The notes under the pieces are model-generated. The model saw only the letters and a program-made list of their open reading frames with translations, was not told where the DNA came from and made no database searches. A stretch of 34,431 nt of DNA from a virus. Its lineage: Duplodnaviria; Caudoviricetes. A program made the position numbers and the translations under genes. Below are positions 17,857 to 25,800 of the stretch, in pieces (the stretch's first letter is position 1; every line of letters starts with the position of its first letter). The stretch is from positions 1 to 34,431 of the IMG/VR virus record IMGVR_UViG_3300044723_010151. One strand, given 5' to 3'.

Positions 17857-17862
17857 TAAATA
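17855..17862 (+). promoter_or_regulatory. Possible T4-type late promoter (AATAAATA)
   Basis: Overlaps the upstream stop, with SD AAGGA before ATG 17892. Confidence 0.5.
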
Positions 17863-17891
17863 GATAATTAAGATAAGGATAAGGAAAAATA

Positions 17892-18590
17892 ATGGCAAAA
17901 CAGATTTCGCATGAGTTTACATATAGTATGCCAGACGAGTATTTAAAAGATACCTCAACTTTAGGGTTAACGGGTACTTTTACATACAATGGACCAGATA
18001 AATTTTATGTTTTTGTTGATATAGCAACTAATAAAATAGACGTAAATGCTGGATATATGAAAGATGATATTACTGATAGTAACTTAACTCAACTATTAGA
18101 ATTGAATGCAAATAACGGTAAGGACTATCCGGTACTTGTTGATGCTACACAAGAACCAATTATTGCTACTCTAATAGTACCTCAAGAATATGATTCGGGA
18201 TTATGGCCGCAGAAACAATATAAATTAGATGGAGACGATACAGTTTATTTTGAAAGGCCTGAGCAAACGCCAGTTGATCATACATATGAGCTTGAATTAA
18301 TTACATATAATAAAGCAACAAGTTCATGGGTAAAACCCTTTCCGTGGAAAAAACCACACATAGATTGGAACATGATGAATCAAATAATTCAAATGAATAT
18401 TTCTAATATTGATAACGATATAGCAAGTGGAAATTATTCAGATGAAGAAATTGTAACTTTAAAAGCTCACCAAGATGAATTTAGAAATCTTACTACAAAA
18501 TTTGCCGGACGGGATCCGTGGCAAATACCATTCCCAGAATGGCCTTTTGCAGAGCCTGCCGAACCACCTGCCGAACCACCTGCTGTCTAA
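17892..18590 (+). CDS. Tail fibre assembly/chaperone-like protein, 232 aa
   Basis: C-terminal W..........L......FRNL..KF.G.DPW.IPFPEWP resembles the 'R..LRDLP....P....WP' end of phage tail assembly chaperones. It lies directly after the adhesin-like genes. Confidence 0.55.
   Translation: MAKQISHEFTYSMPDEYLKDTSTLGLTGTFTYNGPDKFYVFVDIATNKIDVNAGYMKDDITDSNLTQLLELNANNGKDYPVLVDATQEPIIATLIVPQEYDSGLWPQKQYKLDGDDTVYFERPEQTPVDHTYELELITYNKATSSWVKPFPWKKPHIDWNMMNQIIQMNISNIDNDIASGNYSDEEIVTLKAHQDEFRNLTTKFAGRDPWQIPFPEWPFAEPAEPPAEPPAV
18555..18584 (+). repeat. 12-bp tandem repeat CCTGCCGAACCA x2.5 encoding a PAEP tail
   Basis: cctgccgaacca cctgccgaacca cctgct, read directly from the sequence. Confidence 0.85.
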
Positions 18591-18594
18591 CATT

Positions 18595-18630
18595 ATAAGA
18601 GGTTAAGATATTTCTATTTTAACCTCTTAT
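18595..18630. terminator. 16-bp stem-loop (putative terminator or RNA processing/stability element)
   Basis: ATAAGAGGTTAAGATA-TTTC-TATTTTAACCTCTTAT: 12 perfect bp plus 4 bp containing one G-U, and a 4-nt loop. It is followed only by a weak U-tract (TCTATCTTCT). Confidence 0.6.
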
Positions 18631-18643
18631 TCTATCTTCTAAT

Positions 18644-18651
18644 TATAAATA
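18644..18651 (+). promoter_or_regulatory. T4-type late promoter (TATAAATA) for the glycosyltransferase-carbamoyltransferase pair
   Basis: Exact consensus just downstream of the hairpin, with SD AAGGT before ATG 18676. Confidence 0.75.
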
Positions 18652-18675
18652 AATTGTAATTTTTAAAAAGGTAAT

Positions 18676-19707
18676 ATGCGATCCAAAGCGTTTTTTATTA
18701 ACGGTGGAGCAGGAAGAGTTATATGTTCAATTCCTGCTTTTGAAAAGTATGCCGAAGAAACAGATGATAATTTTATTATTGTATGTGAAGGAGGAACAGA
18801 TTTTTATAAAGGTCATCCTTTACTACACAATAAAGTTTATGATCATTGGCACAAGGATTTATTTGTTGATAAAATTAAAAATAGAGATATAGAAACTCCT
18901 GAGCCATACAGAATATGGGAATATTATAATCAAAAATGTAATTTATCTGAAGCATTTGATATAGCTATAAACAAAAAAGGTAAACGAAAATTAGATAAAC
19001 CTACAATCTATTTTAATTCAGATGAAACTATTATTGGTAAAAATCTTATCAAAGAAGTAACCGAAAAAACAGAAAAAGAAAATACTATTGTATTTCAGCC
19101 ATTTGGCAGAGGTGTACAAAGTCATGGTAATTTTATCATAGATAGTAGTGGAAGGAGCTTTGATTTTAACAATGTCTTAGAATTTATTAAAAAATTAGGT
19201 AAGGATTTTGGCATTATTTTAATGAGTGAATTTCCTTTAAATCTTGAAGCAGAAGGAATTAATATACCTGTTGCTCAACCTAGAGATCTTAATATTAGGC
19301 AATGGGCATCTATTATTAAAGAATCATCTTATTTTTTTGGATGCGACAGTGTAGGACAACATATTGCATATTCTTGTAACAAGCCAGGAACTGTTGTTGT
19401 TGGATCTACTTTTGCTGAAAATATTTCTTATCCGGACTACGAAAAATTTGATATTCAAGATATGGGCGAAGGAAAAAGAATATACGATCCTATTAGGATT
19501 ACTATGGACGAAGTTTGTAATAGAAACAACGACGGAATAATGCGTATGAATGATTTAATAGAAGATGTAATTATTAAATCAATAAAAACAAATTTTGCTA
19601 AATGGCATAATATAGAAAATAATGTAAACAAAGTGGTAAAATTTGAGCAAATAGAAAAAAAGAACACTTTTAAATTACAAACTGGAACAGGAATTATAGA
19701 GAAATAA
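18676..19707 (+). CDS. GT-B glycosyltransferase, GT9 (heptosyltransferase)-like, 343 aa
   Basis: N-terminal FINGGAGRVICSIP (compare G.GD...S.P), IVFQPFG, and C-terminal IRQWASIIK.S..FFGCDSVGQHIAY...KPGTVVVGST matching the GT9 'G.DSG..H.A.A...P.V...G.T' signature. Confidence 0.7.
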   Translation: MRSKAFFINGGAGRVICSIPAFEKYAEETDDNFIIVCEGGTDFYKGHPLLHNKVYDHWHKDLFVDKIKNRDIETPEPYRIWEYYNQKCNLSEAFDIAINKKGKRKLDKPTIYFNSDETIIGKNLIKEVTEKTEKENTIVFQPFGRGVQSHGNFIIDSSGRSFDFNNVLEFIKKLGKDFGIILMSEFPLNLEAEGINIPVAQPRDLNIRQWASIIKESSYFFGCDSVGQHIAYSCNKPGTVVVGSTFAENISYPDYEKFDIQDMGEGKRIYDPIRITMDEVCNRNNDGIMRMNDLIEDVIIKSIKTNFAKWHNIENNVNKVVKFEQIEKKNTFKLQTGTGIIEK

Positions 19708-19708
19708 T

Positions 19709-21499
19709 ATGGTTACAGATTCAGATTTTTGGGTTGCTGCTTTAACAAGAGGACATAACGGCGGAGTATGTTTGTTAAAAAACGGGGAAATTGTTTTTGC
19801 AATCGAAGAAGAAAGGCTATCTCGCCACAAATACGACGGTGGACCTCTAGCTTCTTTAGTTAAAATATTAGACTATACTAACAGATTAGATTATTTAGTT
19901 ATTGCTCATACACATTCATTGTATTCACCTGATACACCTAAAATTGATTTTACAGGCGATGACGTTTATACAGGGCTAGCAAGGAAACTTGGACTGATAA
20001 GTAGAGATAGAAGCTTGTTACCAAATCATCCGCAAGTTTTAGATTCAAGTCAGTATCATCATAATTTACATGCTGCTTGTGCATTTTACAGATCTGGATT
20101 TAATGATGCTGTTGCGTTGATTGTTGACGGTGCTGGAACAATATCTCGTTTTCAAGCAGACGGTGTAGAGTACGGTGGTTGGGAAACTGAATCGATGTTT
20201 TGCTGCGAGTACCCGAATACAATAAAGTGTATTTATAAGCACATAGGTTCTAGGGGCCCTCATAGAGCAGACTGTATACTTGATGAAAGTGATAAAAATA
20301 ATAAATATCCTGTCTATGTAACAGATAGAGGTGGTATTGTAAAAGTATACGAAGCTGTTACTCAATATTGCGGTTTTGATGCAATAGAAGCCGGAAAAAC
20401 TATGGGGTTATTTCCATATGGTAAAAAGAATCCTAATATTCCTCCATTATTTGACGATAGTTTAGACATTCCATTGTCTAATAGAAATATGATAATTCCT
20501 ACATATCCTAATGGTGCAGATATAAATGACAAACTTAATTCAGAATTAGCATTTAGTGCAGATAAAGAATTATCTACATTAAACAATAGAAGAGATTTAG
20601 CTTATCATTGTCAAATTGAAACGCAAGAACAGGTCCTGAAATTAATTAAAAAAGCGGTTAAATTGAGCGGAAATAAAAATGTAGTTTTGTCAGGAGGTTA
20701 TGGACTCAATTGTGTTGCTAATTACTATTATCTAAATGAAATAAAAGACTTAGATATAAACTTGTACGTAGAACCTATTTCTAGTGATGCCGGTACAGCA
20801 ATAGGAGCAGCTTTGTGGGCTAATAACATTATGTCAAATAATCCTAACAAATATAAAAAGCAAACAAACTTATATTTAGGCTTAGATCATTTTTACACAA
20901 ACGAAAAAATAACTAACATAGTAGAAAAGTTAGAAGTAAATGTAACAGAAATATCTAAAAAACAAGTAATTGATATTATTTTAGATAAAAATATTGTTGC
21001 TATTTTTCAAGGAAAGTCTGAAAATGGTCCAAGAGCACTAGGTAACAGGAGTTTATTGTTTGATCCACGACACAAAGACGGAAAAGATTTTGTTAACAGA
21101 GTTAAACATAGAGAATATTTTAGACCCTTTGCAGGAACTATTTTACAAGAAGATGTACATGATTGGTTTGATTTACGAGGAATGGCAGACTCTCCAAGCA
21201 TGATGTATGCAGTAAATTGTAAACCCGGTGTTGCAGAAAAGATTCCATCAATTATTCATGTAGATGGAACATGTAGGATTCAAACAGTTACAAAAGAACA
21301 AAATTTACATTTTTATGAACTTATAGAACTTTTTAAAGAAAAAACAGAAACTCCTATTCTTTTTAATACCAGCTTTAATTTAGGAGGCCAGCCTCTTGTT
21401 GAAACACTTGAAGATGCTATATGGACTTTAAAACAAAGTGAATTAGAATATTTATACTTGCCAGAATTTAATTATTTAATCACATGTCCTAATACATAA
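19709..21499 (+). CDS. O-carbamoyltransferase, NodU/CmcH/TobZ family, 596 aa
   Basis: Full motif set: EEERLSRHK, HH.LHA..AFY.SGF, VDGAG, GKTMGL..YG, SGGYGLNCVAN, P.SSDAGTAIGAA, E.GPRALGNRS, VKHRE.FRPFA, HVDGTCRIQTV, NTSFN..GQPLVET. Confidence 0.93.
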   Translation: MVTDSDFWVAALTRGHNGGVCLLKNGEIVFAIEEERLSRHKYDGGPLASLVKILDYTNRLDYLVIAHTHSLYSPDTPKIDFTGDDVYTGLARKLGLISRDRSLLPNHPQVLDSSQYHHNLHAACAFYRSGFNDAVALIVDGAGTISRFQADGVEYGGWETESMFCCEYPNTIKCIYKHIGSRGPHRADCILDESDKNNKYPVYVTDRGGIVKVYEAVTQYCGFDAIEAGKTMGLFPYGKKNPNIPPLFDDSLDIPLSNRNMIIPTYPNGADINDKLNSELAFSADKELSTLNNRRDLAYHCQIETQEQVLKLIKKAVKLSGNKNVVLSGGYGLNCVANYYYLNEIKDLDINLYVEPISSDAGTAIGAALWANNIMSNNPNKYKKQTNLYLGLDHFYTNEKITNIVEKLEVNVTEISKKQVIDIILDKNIVAIFQGKSENGPRALGNRSLLFDPRHKDGKDFVNRVKHREYFRPFAGTILQEDVHDWFDLRGMADSPSMMYAVNCKPGVAEKIPSIIHVDGTCRIQTVTKEQNLHFYELIELFKEKTETPILFNTSFNLGGQPLVETLEDAIWTLKQSELEYLYLPEFNYLITCPNT

Positions 21500-21502
21500 A
21501 TA
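21495..21502 (+). promoter_or_regulatory. Possible late promoter (CATAAATA) overlapping the stop codon
   Basis: NATAAATA followed by SD GAGGT and ATG 21522. Confidence 0.55.
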
Positions 21503-21521
21503 ACATATAAAGAGGTAAGAC

Positions 21522-21926
21522 ATGGATCCTGTTAAAAAATTTTTTGATCTTGGTGCTAATAATTCAATTCTTATAAAAAATAATGCTGGATTTTCTCATA
21601 GAGGACCATGGAAACAAGTAGGAACAAAAAACACATTTGATAGATGGTATATAGGAGAAATTTCAGCTGCTGAATATACAATAAGTGTAGATTATAACAC
21701 TGAGAATAGAGAAATTTTAAAATGTTTAATTATAGCAAGCACAAACACTGCAAATATTCATGTGTATGCAAGATCATTTCTTAATAGAGAATTGGTAGAT
21801 GTCGTAGCGGTTGTTAATCAGTCGTATGTTGACGTAAGCATAGAACCAAAAGCACCTCAAATTTACTCTGCAAAATTTATTTTTACTGCACAATATTTTC
21901 AATCACAAAATCCTATTACCGCTTAA
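21522..21926 (+). CDS. Small beta-rich virion/hypothetical protein, 134 aa
   Basis: SD GAGGT. SAAEYTISVD.....EILKCLI.A....A....YAR resembles repeated beta-sandwich units of T4-like tail/baseplate proteins. Confidence 0.7.
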   Translation: MDPVKKFFDLGANNSILIKNNAGFSHRGPWKQVGTKNTFDRWYIGEISAAEYTISVDYNTENREILKCLIIASTNTANIHVYARSFLNRELVDVVAVVNQSYVDVSIEPKAPQIYSAKFIFTAQYFQSQNPITA

Positions 21927-21930
21927 TTTA

Positions 21931-21938
21931 GCTAAATA
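21931..21938 (+). promoter_or_regulatory. Possible late promoter variant (GCTAAATA)
   Basis: TAAATA core in a short intergenic gap before SD GGAGGT and ATG 21956. Confidence 0.5.
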
Positions 21939-21955
21939 TTTACATTGGAGGTATT

Positions 21956-22864
21956 ATGCGGAAAGCATTAAAATCAGCGTTTTTTTCTGATTATGGATTT
22001 AACAGTCCTAATTTTTCTGTAGATCAGAATGGAAATATCAGTGCAAATTCAATTATTTTAAATATTGATACAACTAAAGTATTAATTGATTTTTCAATTA
22101 CTGACGACGAAAATTCAAATTATATAATCAATGATAGTGTAGAAACTAACCCACCGATCACACTAGCAAAAGGAAGAACATATCTTATAAGCTTAGAATT
22201 AACAACCACAGGATTTTACATACTACAAGCAGATCAATTTACAGAGTACATTCAAAGTTTAGCTCATGATACTGGTGCATCTGGATCAGGAGCGCAAGGA
22301 AAACTAGAAGGAACTTTATCAATAACAATACCAACTAATGTTGACACTGATGTATTATATTACACTAATAGCAATAGAACATTTTATGGTGTTATTAATG
22401 TAGTAGATCCAATTGGCTTGTTTAGTTCTTTATCCGTAACCAATACTGATAATTCTACGTCTAAAACTACAGGAGCTGCATTAATAAGCGGAGGCGTCGG
22501 AGTTGAAAAAAATCTTTCAATTGGTGGCAATCTTATATTTGACAATTCTATACCGGTTGTGATAGATAGTTCAACAGATCTAACAATCTTTGTAGCAAAT
22601 AATTTAACTTTAGAAAACGAAGACGGAACAATTGGTGTAATGAATTCTACAGGATCAACTGTACCTTTAATTAATACTTCGATAGATAATTCTAGTATTG
22701 ATAATTCGACGATTAATGACACACCAATAGGAACAAATACGCCAAGCACTGGAAATTTTACTCAAGGAACAGTTCAAACTACAGGCAGTAACATTTACAG
22801 TTTACCTAATAAATTATATGTTGATAGCACAGCATTATCTCTTGCAATAACATTTGGAATCTAA
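21956..22864 (+). CDS. Short tail fibre-like virion protein, 302 aa
   Basis: SD GGAGGT. NP.ITLAKGRTY...LYY domain, fibre motifs STSKTTGA..ISGGVGVEKNL.IGG and INDTPIG.NTPSTGNFT, and C-terminal NK.YVD..ALSLAITFG. Confidence 0.7.
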   Translation: MRKALKSAFFSDYGFNSPNFSVDQNGNISANSIILNIDTTKVLIDFSITDDENSNYIINDSVETNPPITLAKGRTYLISLELTTTGFYILQADQFTEYIQSLAHDTGASGSGAQGKLEGTLSITIPTNVDTDVLYYTNSNRTFYGVINVVDPIGLFSSLSVTNTDNSTSKTTGAALISGGVGVEKNLSIGGNLIFDNSIPVVIDSSTDLTIFVANNLTLENEDGTIGVMNSTGSTVPLINTSIDNSSIDNSTINDTPIGTNTPSTGNFTQGTVQTTGSNIYSLPNKLYVDSTALSLAITFGI

Positions 22865-22866
22865 GT

Positions 22867-25800
22867 ATGGCAAAAACTATTATAAAAAATTATGTTTTTA
22901 AACCAGGTATAGGTTATTTAGATAATAAATTACCTAATGCCTGGAATCTATTTTTACTTAATAAGGATTTTATTTTATCAGAAATTTTATCTTATATAAA
23001 TCAAGAAATAGCGGATGTTGAAAAATGCCAAAGAGATATAAATTACATCATAGAAGGAGCTGCAAATGACGCTGCATTAAATACTAATTATAATGCAAGA
23101 TTTTTAGGTTATACTGAAGTAAATAGTTTAGATTTATCAAATACTGTAATAAGAACTATAAACAGAGCAAGAAATGCTATTTTAAATTTAAATGTAACCA
23201 GCAGTAGTAATCTTGCTGTTAATAATATCAATGCTTTTTTTGATCAACTTATAGAGATTATAAATGACGGAAGAGATGCTGCACAACCTATTTTTATTAC
23301 TCCTGGAGTTACTACACCAGTAAATAGCACTGCAGCAAAGGATCAATTATTAAATAACATAGATTTTATTGTTGCAGAAATAAATGCCTACGTTGCATTT
23401 ACGTATCCTAATGCAGACCATAATGTAGATAAATGTTCAAGAGACATAAAATATGCCATCGAAGCATTAGCTTATGATATTTTGTATGGAGGAAACGCTG
23501 CAACTTATGATCAATCAAAATTCTTTTTTTATAATACTAACGAAAATTTTCCTGGAATTGATCCGACTCATCGAATTCAAACCGTAAGTGCATATCAACA
23601 TTTTCAAACTATCATACAAGATATAGTACAAGGAATTGGAGTAACTCCAAGCGACGGAAATTTAGCTGAACAAAATGTTAGTGGAAATGTTGCAACTGCA
23701 TCAGAAGCATCTGTACTAAATGCTTTAGTAGAAATTACAATAAATGTTCTAAGTGCAGAAACTTCTGCAGAAGCTAATCAAGTATTATCAAATATTAGTC
23801 GCACACCTCCTGTTGTAACATTATGGGCAATAGCTGAATTACAGGATGTCTACCTTGAAATAATTGATAATCAAGAAGATATAGTAACCGCTATCACATG
23901 GCCAAGTAATTATACGTACAATGCAGAAAAGTGTACTCGAGACGCAAATTATGTATTAGATGCTTACCTTTATGATCTAAGATACGGAGGCAATGAGCAG
24001 ACTTTAGAAACAGTGAAATATTATTGGGACGAAGATGTAGCTCAAGTTGATGGTACTCGGTTACCGGAAATTGACACTCATGCTTTTATAGGTGAGTTAT
24101 TAAATGATTTTATACTTTTAAATATTGAATTTCCAAGATTAGGCACGGTGCCGCAAAGCATTGATTTAAGTTATACAAGCGAAAATGATGCATTTACACG
24201 AATTAGTACTCTTACTAATACAACAGTAGCAATTATTGAAAATGGATTAGCATCTGCTCCAACAAAAGAATATAACGATGTCGGAACAGTAAAATTTACT
24301 GGAATGTATAATCTAGAAGAAATTTTACTTATAACTAATGTTAGTAAAAATGAAATTATTTACAACTTCGGAACGTCTGTTGCAGGCGGAACACTAAGAA
24401 AAAGTAAAAATTATGATAGAGATTTTCCAGCTTTTAATCAAACAACAGATTTTGTTTTAACTTTAACTTTAAATTATAATACAGAGTCTCATACTGCTGA
24501 CGATGATTTACAACTATTTGTAGAACAAGTTGAAAATGGTAAAAGTATTTTAACCACTAGACCGTATAATTTTGGCACAGATGCTATTGAAAGAAACAGA
24601 GTAGCAAATCCTCTATCAATGTTAGATGCTGATTTTGAATACGGATTGCAACCTACGAAATGGGCAGCAATAGGAACATTAAGAGGATATCCTTCAATAT
24701 ATGAAATACCAGGTACAGACACTCCTGTCCAAAACATAACCACGGATGCAAGTGCAGGAACTTTTGGTATTGGTCAATCATTAATAACTGTAACTACAGT
24801 AGGTCCGCATCAATTGTATCCAGGAGATCCTTTTACAATTAAAGCATTAGAAGATTCAATTGCAGGAGCTGCAAGAGCAGAAGGATCGTTTACTGTTGTT
24901 ACTACACCTAGCTCGTCTAGTTTTACATATTATGCTAAGGCTAAAGTAGGTACTGTAAATGGGCAGGTAATAGCAACAAGTTATACTCAATTAAGGAAGG
25001 CAGGATTTTATTCTGGATCAAATATTGGCAATGCAACGTTTGACATTTTAAGTCAAGGAGCTGATGCAACAATAACCTTAGAATTAGATCTACTTGCAGG
25101 AAACAATCTTATACCTTTTGATGGAGTAGCACCAGACATTGGATCTCCAACTGATTCTGTAACAGTTACTGATTTTCCAACTGGAACACAAGTAACATCG
25201 GTTCAAGCAACAAGTGCAGGCGGTGGTACTTACATATCAGCACAAGCAGATGGCGATTGGCCTGCAGGATCTGATTTTATTGAAGTAATTGATGCTACCG
25301 GAATAATAGAAGATTTAGCAATTGACAGAGGAGATGGTACAGCAACATTTGTAGAAAGTATAGTAGGTAATAGATTATTTTTGACCAATCCTCTTACATC
25401 AACTTTAATTGGTTATACTACTCTATATGAAAATATTAGCGCTCAGAATGAAATTTCGTCAGGAGCTAATGCTTTATTTGACATTACAGCAACTGGAGCA
25501 AATTATTCAGTTACAATTGTCGCAACAGGACAAGATTACGGCGCAGGTAATAGACTCTTTGTGCCTGGAAACCAATTAGGAGGATTAATAAATGTTCACG
25601 ATTTGTTAATCAATGTAGAAACTGTCGTTGGTAATGGAAGCATAGATACAATTTCAATTTCAGGAACAGCTTTTGACGGTAATGCAACAATTGAAAATGT
25701 AGTAGGAATTGTAGAAAATAATTCAGGTTCTGGAGCAATTTTTGATGTAAGCTATGCAGATAACATTTATAGTGTCAGTGTAAGTTCGCCAGATGTTTCA

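Noticed and set aside
10160-24250. Assigning a cyanobacterial host from the phycobiliprotein-like repeats
   Set aside because: No photosynthesis or other host-marker genes are in this window, and the motif similarity is remote and unverified, so the host cannot be inferred.
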